Positions 49,537 through 60,993 of a stretch of 64,000 bases of DNA are shown here, piece by piece (the first letter of the stretch is position 1; each line of letters opens with the position of its first letter). This stretch comes from Alphaproteobacteria bacterium (GTDB lineage Bacteria; Pseudomonadota; Alphaproteobacteria; CADEGL01), in NCBI GenBank assembly GCA_050180485.1, contig JBFXED010000003.1, positions 23,654 to 87,653 on the forward strand. The letters are read 5' to 3'. The notes beneath the pieces were generated by a model. That model made no database searches and had not been told where the DNA came from. It saw only the letters and a list, made by a program, of their open reading frames with translations. A program made the translations under genes and the position numbers.

Positions 49537-50823
49537 TTACCAGCCGAGCCACTCGGATTTCCGAGGCACGTCGGCTTGGTAGACCTTGGTGAGGGTAATG
49601 GTGCCGGTCCGCATGAGGTCGACCAGGGGGGCATCGGTCGAGCCTTTCACTGTGGCCCGGTAGATCGCAATGCGGGTGAAGGCGCGGTGGTCGGTCTCGG
49701 TCCAGGTGCCGGGCGGGCAAACCCCTTCGAGGCCTGCGGGCACCCACTCTTTCTTTTGGTACATGCCCTTCTTGATATTGGGGCCGGTGATGCCGCCATT
49801 CGCATCGGCCCACGCCATCGCCTCTCGCATGAAGAACACGGAGCAGATGCCGCGGATGTAATGTACGGCGCGGTACGTTGTGCCTTTCGGATCGGACATA
49901 GCGGAGACGTCGCGCACTGTTTTCATTCCCGGCACGTCGTCGCCCCACTTGGCCGCGCCCATCACCCAGACCACGCCGTCGGCGGCTTCACCCGCCGCCT
50001 TCATGGCGTTCTCGTCCATGCCCCAGATGTTGGCCATCATCTGCGTCTTCACGCCCAGCGCCGCGCAGGCTTTCAGAAGCGCAATGTTGGAATCGGAGGT
50101 GTTGGCCAGGAACGCATAGTCGGCGCCGTTTTCCTTCAAGGTCAGGCATTGCGCGCGGAAGTCGCCCGGCGCCAGCGAATATTGGATCGCGGGCAGTATT
50201 TCGAAGCCGCGTTCCTTCGCGTATTCCTCGCCCGCGCGCTTTGGCGCGTTGGGATAGGGATGATTGTCGCCCATGTGGACGAATTTCGGCTTGCCGCTTT
50301 TGCCCTGCTTCTTCCAATCCTCCTCCGCCCATTGCAGCAAGGCGCGCAAGCCGTCCGAGTAGGTCGGGCCCATCGGGAAATTGTAGGGTGCGGCGCGCTT
50401 GCTCAATGGGCCCTTGCCGGTGGGATCCGCCAGCGGGGCGGAATAGGAGGCCGAGTAGTATGGAATCCGGTCTCTGTTGACGAAGTCGACCAGCGCTTCC
50501 GTGTCGGCCGTGCCCCAACCCTGGATCGCCGTCACCTTCGGCGCGGTCGTCCATTTCCGATAGGCAGCGAGCGCGCGTGGAACGGCATAGCCGTAATCAA
50601 CCGTATCGGCGTCGATACGCTTGCCGTTCACGCCGCCGTTCCGGTTGATCCACTCCAGCGCGTCGATCTTGCCCTGGCTGTATTCCTTGCTGACGATCGC
50701 CGTATCGCCGGTGATGTCGACCAAATTGCCGACCGGCACCTGCGCGCGCGCACCGGCCGAAGCGGCCAAGGCCATGGCCAGAACGCCCAACAGGCCTGCG
50801 GCAAGCCGTGCCGGTATCGTCAT
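49537..50823 (-). CDS. ABC transporter substrate-binding protein, LivK/branched-chain amino-acid-binding family
   Basis: Signal peptide MTIPARLAAGLLGVLAMALAASAGARA. Type-I periplasmic binding fold. No cognate permease or ATPase genes adjacent. Confidence 0.75.
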   Translation of the reverse strand: MTIPARLAAGLLGVLAMALAASAGARAQVPVGNLVDITGDTAIVSKEYSQGKIDALEWINRNGGVNGKRIDADTVDYGYAVPRALAAYRKWTTAPKVTAIQGWGTADTEALVDFVNRDRIPYYSASYSAPLADPTGKGPLSKRAAPYNFPMGPTYSDGLRALLQWAEEDWKKQGKSGKPKFVHMGDNHPYPNAPKRAGEEYAKERGFEILPAIQYSLAPGDFRAQCLTLKENGADYAFLANTSDSNIALLKACAALGVKTQMMANIWGMDENAMKAAGEAADGVVWVMGAAKWGDDVPGMKTVRDVSAMSDPKGTTYRAVHYIRGICSVFFMREAMAWADANGGITGPNIKKGMYQKKEWVPAGLEGVCPPGTWTETDHRAFTRIAIYRATVKGSTDAPLVDLMRTGTITLTKVYQADVPRKSEWLGW

Positions 50824-50948
50824 CGTCACCTTTCCCCGCGCGAAACGTTCCCAACCTAACTCATTGCCTATCGGGCAGCCACCGGCCGGTGTACAACGGC
50901 GCGCGGTTCGGCAAACGCGTGACTGCTTCGCGTCGGGGGAAATGCGGC

Positions 50949-52514
50949 ATGGCGCTCAGACGGTCCATCGGGCTTGCCGGCCTGACCTTCATCGGCATCG
51001 GGGGCGTACTGGGCTCTGGCTGGCTGTTCGCGCCCATGCTGGCGGCGCAACACGCGGGCCCGGCCGCGCTGGTGGCATGGCTGGTCGGCCTCCTGGCCGT
51101 CATGCTGGTAGCGTTGAGTTTCGCCGAGATTGCGGGAGCCTTGCCTGAAGCCGGTGCCATCGCGCGGCTGCCCCACTATTCCCACGGCGCGATGGTCAGC
51201 GCGGTGATCGGCTGGTCGGCCTGGTTCGGCTACATGACCATCGCACCCATCGAGACCATCGCGATCTTGAAATACGTGGCGCCCGCAATGCCGGAACTTC
51301 TGCGCCCGGACGGTTCGGACGAGCTGTCGCGCCTTGGCCAGTTCGCGGCCATCGCCGTGCTGGCCGTGATGATCGTCATCAACGCCTTGGGCGTGGCGTG
51401 GCTCGACAAGGCCAACTCGCTGGTCACGATCCTCAAGATCGCGATTCCCGTGATCATCGGCTTGACGCTGCTGGCAACGGTCTTGGAGCCCGCGAACTTC
51501 ACTGCCCATGGCGGCTTCGCGCCGTTCGGCACTGCCGGTGTCCTGAGCGCTGTCGCTGCCGGCGGCGTGGTGTTCAGCTATATCGGCTTCCGACACGTCA
51601 TCGATTTGGCGGGCGAGGCAGAGAACGCGCAAACGAACGTGCCGCTCTCCCTCATCCTGTCGGTCATCGTCTGCTTCGCCGTCTATGCGCTGCTCCAGGC
51701 CGCCTTTATCGGCGGCGTGCCGGCGGACGCGCTCAAGGGCGGCTGGCATGCGTTGGCCTTTGGCCACGATCTTGGACCCATCGCGGGCGTGGCCATGATC
51801 ACGGGCCTTGGCTGGCTGATTTCGCTTCTCTATGCCGGCGCCGTGGTCGGCCCGTTCGGCGCGGCCCTGATCGCCACCGGCTCCAACGCGCGACTCGGCT
51901 TCGCGCTGTCGCGCAATGGTTTCTTTCCGCACCTGTTCAACAAATTGTCAAAACGCGACGTACCGTTCAACGCGCTGGTCCTGGGTTTCGTGGCCGGTGT
52001 GATCGTCGTGTTGACTTTGCCGTTCACGGAGCTGGTCGCGCTCAACTCGGCGACGGTCGTGCTGTCCTTCTGCATCGGGCCGGTCGCCATCTTGGCATTG
52101 CGGCGCCAGCTGCCCGACCGGCCGCGGCCGTTCCGTCTGCCATTTGCCTCGGCCATGGCGCCGGGCGGCTTCGTCATCGCGGCGCTGGTCATCTATTGGT
52201 GCGGCTTCCCGACCATCTGGCGCCTGGACCTGGTCGTGGCCCTGGGCATCGCGCTGTTCCTCCTCAAGCTGGCCGTCGGCCGCGAAAAGGCCGCGCTCGA
52301 TCTCGGCGGCTCGCGCTGGCTGTTCCTGTTTCTGACCGGCCTCACGTTCCTGTCATGGACCGGCAGCTTCGGCGGCCAAGGTTACTTAACCTTCGGCACC
52401 GACATGCTGGCTGTTGCCGCCTGGGCGGTGCTCTGCTTCCGTATCGGGCTGAGAGACGCGCTCGCGCCCGAGCGCACACAGGAGTATGTCGAAGCCTCGC
52501 TGGAAGGGCCGTGA
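50949..52514 (+). CDS. APC-family amino acid permease
   Basis: 521 aa with about 12 TM helices. N-terminal LTFIGIGGVLGSGWLF is typical of APC transporters. Confidence 0.85.
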   Translation: MALRRSIGLAGLTFIGIGGVLGSGWLFAPMLAAQHAGPAALVAWLVGLLAVMLVALSFAEIAGALPEAGAIARLPHYSHGAMVSAVIGWSAWFGYMTIAPIETIAILKYVAPAMPELLRPDGSDELSRLGQFAAIAVLAVMIVINALGVAWLDKANSLVTILKIAIPVIIGLTLLATVLEPANFTAHGGFAPFGTAGVLSAVAAGGVVFSYIGFRHVIDLAGEAENAQTNVPLSLILSVIVCFAVYALLQAAFIGGVPADALKGGWHALAFGHDLGPIAGVAMITGLGWLISLLYAGAVVGPFGAALIATGSNARLGFALSRNGFFPHLFNKLSKRDVPFNALVLGFVAGVIVVLTLPFTELVALNSATVVLSFCIGPVAILALRRQLPDRPRPFRLPFASAMAPGGFVIAALVIYWCGFPTIWRLDLVVALGIALFLLKLAVGREKAALDLGGSRWLFLFLTGLTFLSWTGSFGGQGYLTFGTDMLAVAAWAVLCFRIGLRDALAPERTQEYVEASLEGP

Positions 52515-52546
52515 TGCGCATTGCCGCGTAGTTTGGCGGCCGTTCT

Positions 52547-53338
52547 TCAGCCCCGTGACATCGCCACGATGAACCGCGTGATGACGGCCAGGGTCTCGTC
52601 TGGCTTTTCCTGGTGCGGAAAGTGTCCGCATGCTGGGATCAGTGCCATCTCGCACAGCCCCGAAACCTGATCGCGGATGCGCTCGACCTGAAGCGGCGTG
52701 CCGTATTCGTCGTCGATGCCCTGAACCAAAAGCGTGGGGCAGCGGATCGCGGGCAGGCGATGCTCGCAATTCCATGTGCGGAACGCGGGCTTGCGCCAGG
52801 TGTCGGCCCAGGCCGCGAAGACGTCGTCCGTGTTGTCGCCATGGTGACGCATCAGTCTTTCGCGCAGTTTCGTCGTCTTATATTCGATGGCTGTGGCCTC
52901 GATGCCGGCAACGGTGCGGTCCTCGACGAAGATATGCGGCGCCTCGACCACGATCGCCAGCGTCGGCGACGCTGGCATGCTGGCATGGAGAAGCGCGATG
53001 GTCGCGCCATCGCTGTGACCGACCAGGATCGGCTCCGCGATTCCGGCCATCTCCAGCACGCGCGGCAGCACATCGAACGCCTCGTGGTCCAGATAGTCGA
53101 GCGCACGGTTGGGATTGGCCGGGTCCGATTTTCCGTGTCCCAGCCGGCTGTAGTTGAAAGCGGGCAGGCCAGTCGCGTCCGCCAAGCGTTGCGGGAAATC
53201 GCGCCAGGTCGTGACGCTGCCGAGAGCATGGTGAAGAAAAACGAGGGCGCGCGAGTTGGGCGCGGCCGCGCCGGCCCAGGCATATTCCAATTGCCCGTCG
53301 GGGAGGGAGAAAAAGGACGGTTCAGACGCCGGCGGCAT
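52547..53338 (-). CDS. alpha/beta-fold hydrolase
   Basis: Nucleophile elbow GHSDG, N-terminal LVFLHHALGS oxyanion region, C-terminal His in ACGHFPHQEKPDE. Confidence 0.8.
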   Translation of the reverse strand: MPPASEPSFFSLPDGQLEYAWAGAAAPNSRALVFLHHALGSVTTWRDFPQRLADATGLPAFNYSRLGHGKSDPANPNRALDYLDHEAFDVLPRVLEMAGIAEPILVGHSDGATIALLHASMPASPTLAIVVEAPHIFVEDRTVAGIEATAIEYKTTKLRERLMRHHGDNTDDVFAAWADTWRKPAFRTWNCEHRLPAIRCPTLLVQGIDDEYGTPLQVERIRDQVSGLCEMALIPACGHFPHQEKPDETLAVITRFIVAMSRG

Positions 53339-53789
53339 CCAACTCCGCCAGCCAACCCTTCGCCCAGGCCACACCCACTTCCTCCGGCACGTCCGTGCCG
53401 CTGGCGTCGTGCTGAAACACCTGGCCGATGCGCGCGGCGCCCAACTCGCCCATCACCTTGTCGAAGCGCTGGCCGCCATGGGTGTAGGTCTCGTTATAGG
53501 CACGATCGCCGAGCGCGATGACGCCGAAGCGCACGCCCGCGAGCGACGGACGGTCCTTCTCCAGCGCGTTGTAGAGCTTCATGGCGTTGTCCGGCACGTC
53601 GCCCTGGCCGTAGGTGGAGGTGCAGATCAAGAATACGCCCTGTTTCTGGAATACCGTCGGATCCAGGTTGTCCATCAGGATCAGCTCGGCCTCGCGGCCG
53701 TTCGCCTTGAACATGTCGCGGACGTCCTCGGCCACGATTTCGGCCGTGCCGGTCATGGTTCCGACGAGAATGAAGATCGGCTGGGGCAA
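53322..53789 (-). CDS. flavodoxin-family protein
   Basis: FMN phosphate loop ILVGTMTGTAE and LICTSTYGQGDVPDN. Probable TTG start at 53789 (GAGG 8 nt upstream), or ATG at 53756. The remainder of the 1186-aa ORF is antisense to acnA and rejected. Confidence 0.65.
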   Translation of the reverse strand: MPQPIFILVGTMTGTAEIVAEDVRDMFKANGREAELILMDNLDPTVFQKQGVFLICTSTYGQGDVPDNAMKLYNALEKDRPSLAGVRFGVIALGDRAYNETYTHGGQRFDKVMGELGAARIGQVFQHDASGTDVPEEVGVAWAKGWLAELDAAGV

Positions 53790-54002
53790 AAAGAGCCTCG
53801 ATGGTGCGGGGGTAAGGGCCCCGAAACCGGGGCGCGCGGCGGGGGAGAATATCGGCGTCGCCCCGGCAAAAAAAGGGGGCGCGGAATGAGGGAATTCGCA
53901 TAACCGCACGTCCGGTCTGGACATGAAACATCCCGCGACTATGCTGGCGCCCGCCGCGGCCGCCCTCCCGGGACCGGAGAGGCCGGCTCTTCGAAAAATG
54001 GG

Positions 54003-56708
<2,706 letters not shown>

Positions 56709-56719
56709 GCGGCCGGCCC

Positions 56720-57397
56720 ATGAATCCTGTCGACGAGGCCATCCTGAGCCGCCATTCGGTGCGGGCATTCCTGCCCACGCCGGTGCCGCTCGAAATGGTG
56801 CGCCACCTGCTGGCCGTCGCCAGCCGCGCGCCGTCCGGCAGTAACACCCAACCATGGAATGTCTATGCGCTGACCGGCGCACCGAAGGAGAAACTGTCGG
56901 CCGCGATCCTGAAGGCGCGGCGCGAGGAACCGGCCGAGGCGCACAAGGCCGAGTACCTGTCCTACATGAAGGAGTGGCGCGAGCCCTATCTTTCGCGCCG
57001 GCGTGCCACCGGCTGGGGCCTCTACAACCTGGTCGGTGTGACCCGGGGCGACCGCGAGGGCGCGCAGCGCCAGATGGAGCGCAACTACGTTTTCTTCGAC
57101 GCGCCGGTCGGATTGATCATCACACTCGACCGCGACCTGGAGCTGGGCTCCTGGGTTGATCTGGGCACATTTCTGCAGAACATCATGATCGCCGCGCGCG
57201 GCCACGGGCTGCATACCTGCCCGCAGGCCGCCTTCATGGACTATCACACGATCATCCGCGACCAGCTTGGCGTCTCCGAGCGCGAGATCGTCATCTGCGG
57301 TATGGCCATCGGCTACGAAGACACCAGCAAGCCGGAGAACAGCTTGCGGCTGGAGCGTGCGCCCGTCGATCAGTTCGCCCGCTTCTTCGGCTTCTGA
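56720..57397 (+). CDS. nitroreductase family protein
   Basis: 225 aa. N-terminal SRHSVRAF and APSGSNTQPW are typical of the NfsB/nitroreductase fold. Confidence 0.85.
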   Translation: MNPVDEAILSRHSVRAFLPTPVPLEMVRHLLAVASRAPSGSNTQPWNVYALTGAPKEKLSAAILKARREEPAEAHKAEYLSYMKEWREPYLSRRRATGWGLYNLVGVTRGDREGAQRQMERNYVFFDAPVGLIITLDRDLELGSWVDLGTFLQNIMIAARGHGLHTCPQAAFMDYHTIIRDQLGVSEREIVICGMAIGYEDTSKPENSLRLERAPVDQFARFFGF

Positions 57398-57682
57398 GCC
57401 GATCCGCAATTTGCGATTGCGTTCTGCGAGAGCTGGAATTGTTGGCGCTTCGAACGCACTTGAGGTGCGCGCCGCCGATCCGGCGGGTTAGGGCGCCGAT
57501 CGCCGAAAAGCAAGGATTTCAGCCCTTTTTCGCGTGCCGCCGCATTTGGCACGGGGTTTGCCATTTATGTGCCCAAGTTTGTAGCGTGACCGACGGCGGT
57601 CGTCGGACCTCCTCCCTCCAGCCGCCGCCGGGTCGCTAAGGTCCTCTTCGCTGTTTTGTGAATTCCCGAACCGGAGTTCCAC

Positions 57683-58219
57683 ATGTGGAAACTCGCGTCC
57701 AAGCTCGACCAGACAATGGCGCCCATGCCGGCCGTGTCCGCGCAGGACAATGCCGACGCGCTTCTCCTCCGCCGCGCGAGCGAATGGATGCTGGCCTATT
57801 GGCGCCGCGCCCGGGGCGACCAAGTCTTGCCCGCGTCATCCGCCCTCGATGATTTGTTCGCGACCGAATTCGGCGCCTTCTGCGTGGGCGGCCAGATTGG
57901 CCTGACCGAGGGCCCGCGCGTCCTGCGCATGGGCCGGCATTTCACCGAGGCCTTCGCGCGCAAGGACGCCGATCGCACCGGCGCTTTCGCCGCGGCCACC
58001 ATGCTTGGCATCGTCGTGGGCTTGGCGGGCGATCTGCAGATCGATCCACGACCTGTCCAGCGCGGCGGCGACTTCATGACCGATACCAATCGCATGGTGC
58101 GTTATCACGCCGTCGCCATGCCGTTCCGCGGCGGCGTGTCCGGCGTGCCCGCTTGGCTTGCTGCGGCCGAATGGCGGGTGGAACCGGCAGAGCATTTGGT
58201 TGGCCGAGTGGCGACTTAA
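57683..58219 (+). CDS. hypothetical protein
   Basis: 178-aa ORF with normal GC3 bias and no recognisable motif. Upstream of kup. Confidence 0.35.
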   Translation: MWKLASKLDQTMAPMPAVSAQDNADALLLRRASEWMLAYWRRARGDQVLPASSALDDLFATEFGAFCVGGQIGLTEGPRVLRMGRHFTEAFARKDADRTGAFAAATMLGIVVGLAGDLQIDPRPVQRGGDFMTDTNRMVRYHAVAMPFRGGVSGVPAWLAAAEWRVEPAEHLVGRVAT

Positions 58220-58255
58220 CGTATTGAATTAATTTTATTTTACGACACACTTGAT

Positions 58256-58272
58256 TTGCTGCACTGCAGCAA
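58256..58272. promoter_or_regulatory. perfect 8-bp-arm palindrome TTGCTGCA-c-TGCAGCAA inside an AT-rich island upstream of kup
   Basis: Seen in sequence about 110 nt upstream of the kup start, preceded by an unusually AT-rich stretch (TTGAATTAATTTTATTTTACGACACACTTGATT) with TTGAAT / TTGATT -35-like hexamers. Confidence 0.35.
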
Positions 58273-58382
58273 TCTAGGCTTTCGGCCTAGTCACGGAACC
58301 CGCGCCTCGCGAACGACTCTCGACTTTCATCGTTGTATACCGGGCACGGCCTCCACGGTTCGACCACGAGGTGGCGCAAGCC

Positions 58383-60260
58383 ATGCCATTAACCGACCGG
58401 ACGCAGGCATCCGCCTGGGCGATGACGCTCGGCGCGGTCGGCGTCGTCTACGGCGACATCGGCACGTCCCCCCTTTACGCCGTGCGTCAGTGTTTCAACC
58501 CCGCCTTCGGCCTGGCACCCACCGCGACCAATCTGCTTGGCATTCTGTCGCTTATTTTCTGGTCGCTCTTTCTCATCATCACGGTCAAATACGTCCTCGT
58601 CATCATGCGCGCCGACAACCGGGGCGAGGGTGGCAGCCTGGCGCTCTTAGCCATGATCCGCCGCCTGGAGAAAGGGAGCCGCCGGCGGGGCCTCTTGATC
58701 GCCGTCGGCATCGTGGGCACGGCGCTGTTCTACGGCGACGGCATGATCACGCCCGCGATCTCGGTCCTGAGCGCGATCGAGGGGCTGCAGGTCGCGACCC
58801 CTATGTTCGATCCCTATGTGGTGCCGATCGCATTGGCCGTCCTGCTCGGGCTGTTCCTGATCCAAAGCCATGGCACCGCGACCATGGGACGTCTGTTCGG
58901 CCCGATCATGGTCATCTGGTTTCTGGCCATAGCAGTGCTTGGCGCGATCCACATCCAAGACCATCCCGATGTGCTGGCGGCCATCGACCCGCGCCATGCC
59001 GTCGTCTTCACGATGGAGAACGGTTGGTTCGCCTTCGCGGCTCTGGGTGCCGTCGTCTTGGTCGTGACGGGCGGCGAGGCGCTTTACGTCGATATGGGGC
59101 ATTTCGGCAAACGGCCGATCCGTTTGGCCTGGTTCGGCCTCGTGCTGCCCGCCCTTCTCGTGAATTACTTCGGCCAAGGCGCCTTGATCCTGAAGGACCC
59201 ATCGGCCATCCAGAATCCGTTCTTCCATATGGTGCCCAGCGCATTCCTTTATCCGATGGTCGCGCTGGCCACGCTGGCGACCGTGATCGCCTCGCAAGCC
59301 GTGATCTCGGGCGTTTTCTCCCTCACCAACCAGGCCATCCGCTTGGGCTTCTCACCCCGCTTCGAGGTTCGCTACACCTCGCACGAGACGGCGGGCCAGA
59401 TCTACATGCCCCAGGTCAACTGGATGCTGATGGTCGCCGTGGCGCTTTTGGTCATCGGCTTTCGCTCATCGGACAATCTGGGCGCGGCCTACGGCATCGC
59501 GGTGACGGGCACGATGGTGACGACGACGATCCTGGCCTGCATCGTGGCGCTGCACCGCTGGAACTGGCCGACGCCCGTGACGTTCGCGGTGTTCGGATTC
59601 TTCCTCGCGATCGATCTGGTTTATTTCGGCGCCAATGCGCTGAAGATCGCCCATGGTGGCTGGTTCCCGCTTTTGGTCGCGGCGGCCACCTATATTGTCA
59701 TTTCGACCTGGATTCGCGGCCGCGCGATCCTGCTGGACCGGCTGCGCGAGGAAAGCATGGACCTCGACGCCTTTATCGCCAGCATCAAGCCCGGCTCGCC
59801 GGAACGCATCGAGGGCACGGCCGTCTACATGGCGCGGGTCGGCGCGGGCGTGCCGCACGCGCTATTGCATAATTTGAAGCACAATCGCGTCATGCATGAA
59901 CGCGTCGTCCTGTTGACGGTTCTGCCCGACGACGACCCGGTTGTTTCCAACGACGAGCGCGTCGAGGTCGAGATTCATCCCAAGCGCATTTACCGCGTGA
60001 AGGTGCGCTATGGCTTCAAGGAGGAGCCGGACGTGCCGGCGGCCCTCCGCCTCTGCGCACGCCAGGGGCTCGAGATCGATCCCCAATTCACCAGCTTTTT
60101 CGTCGGCCGTGTCACGTTGGTTCCTTCCGACCGGCCCCGCCTGCCGCGCTGGCGCCGCGCGCTGTTCTTTTCCCTCACGCGCAACGCGCGCAGCGTGACG
60201 GACTTCTTCCACATTCCACCCAACCGCGTGGTGGAGATGGGCGCGCAAATCGCGCTCTAG
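58383..60260 (+). CDS. kup: KUP/HAK/KT potassium uptake transporter
   Basis: GAVGVVYGDIGTSPLY N-terminal signature, polytopic body, cytoplasmic C-terminal domain. The track ORF begins at GTG 58371; ATG at 58383 gives an E. coli-like N-terminal length. Confidence 0.9.
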   Translation: MPLTDRTQASAWAMTLGAVGVVYGDIGTSPLYAVRQCFNPAFGLAPTATNLLGILSLIFWSLFLIITVKYVLVIMRADNRGEGGSLALLAMIRRLEKGSRRRGLLIAVGIVGTALFYGDGMITPAISVLSAIEGLQVATPMFDPYVVPIALAVLLGLFLIQSHGTATMGRLFGPIMVIWFLAIAVLGAIHIQDHPDVLAAIDPRHAVVFTMENGWFAFAALGAVVLVVTGGEALYVDMGHFGKRPIRLAWFGLVLPALLVNYFGQGALILKDPSAIQNPFFHMVPSAFLYPMVALATLATVIASQAVISGVFSLTNQAIRLGFSPRFEVRYTSHETAGQIYMPQVNWMLMVAVALLVIGFRSSDNLGAAYGIAVTGTMVTTTILACIVALHRWNWPTPVTFAVFGFFLAIDLVYFGANALKIAHGGWFPLLVAAATYIVISTWIRGRAILLDRLREESMDLDAFIASIKPGSPERIEGTAVYMARVGAGVPHALLHNLKHNRVMHERVVLLTVLPDDDPVVSNDERVEVEIHPKRIYRVKVRYGFKEEPDVPAALRLCARQGLEIDPQFTSFFVGRVTLVPSDRPRLPRWRRALFFSLTRNARSVTDFFHIPPNRVVEMGAQIAL

Positions 60261-60301
60261 CGCGGGTGGCCGCGGAATGCCAGGGCGGGTAAGCTCCGGT
60301 C

Positions 60302-60967
60302 ATGACCGACAGCATCGATGCCCTCATTGCCGAGATCGAGGCCGAATACGGCATCGTCGCCGAGCGCATCGGCAAGGACAAACCCGATCCCCGCGTTCTC
60401 GCCGCGCTGCGCGAGGTACCGCGCGCCGTATTCGTGCCGGCCGACCGGCGTGCCGACGCCTATGCCAACCGGCCGCTGCCCATCGGCTTCGGCCAGACCA
60501 TCTCGCAGCCCTTCATCGTGGCCGTGATGAGCGACATGCTGGCGCTCACCTCGGACAGCCGCGTGCTCGAGATCGGCACCGGCTGCGGTTACCAGACCGC
60601 GTTCCTGGCGCGTCTCGCGGGCCGGGTCTACACGGTCGAAATCGTATCCGAACTGTCCGCGGCGGCGGCGGAGCGGCTGGCGGCGCTTGGCGTGTCCAAC
60701 GTCGAATTCCGCGTGGGCGACGGCCGCCAGGGCTGGCCCGAGCATGCGCCCTACGACGCGATCATCGTGACGGCGGCGGCCACGGGCGAAATCCCGCCTG
60801 CGCTGCTGGAGCAACTCAAGCCCGGCGGGCGGATGGTGGTGCCCACGGGCGCCTCCATGCTGGCGCAAGAGTTGGTGCTGGTGACCAAGGACGAGGGCGG
60901 ACGCATCGCGAAGCGAAACCTGTTCCCGGTCGCTTTCGTGCCGCTGGTGAAGGCGCGGCGCGCCTGA
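60302..60967 (+). CDS. pcm: protein-L-isoaspartate O-methyltransferase
   Basis: SAM motif VLEIGTGCGYQTAFLA and GQTISQPFIVAVM. 221 aa. Confidence 0.9.
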   Translation: MTDSIDALIAEIEAEYGIVAERIGKDKPDPRVLAALREVPRAVFVPADRRADAYANRPLPIGFGQTISQPFIVAVMSDMLALTSDSRVLEIGTGCGYQTAFLARLAGRVYTVEIVSELSAAAAERLAALGVSNVEFRVGDGRQGWPEHAPYDAIIVTAAATGEIPPALLEQLKPGGRMVVPTGASMLAQELVLVTKDEGGRIAKRNLFPVAFVPLVKARRA

Positions 60968-60993
60968 TCCTGTCCACTGTGTGACGGAGCCGG

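Noticed and set aside
53840-53870. Hairpin CGCCCC-ggcaaaaaaag-GGGGCG as a terminator
   Set aside because: The A/T run is in the loop, not 3' of the stem, on either strand, so it is not an intrinsic terminator. It is kept only as a possible regulatory structure in the flavodoxin/acnA divergent region.
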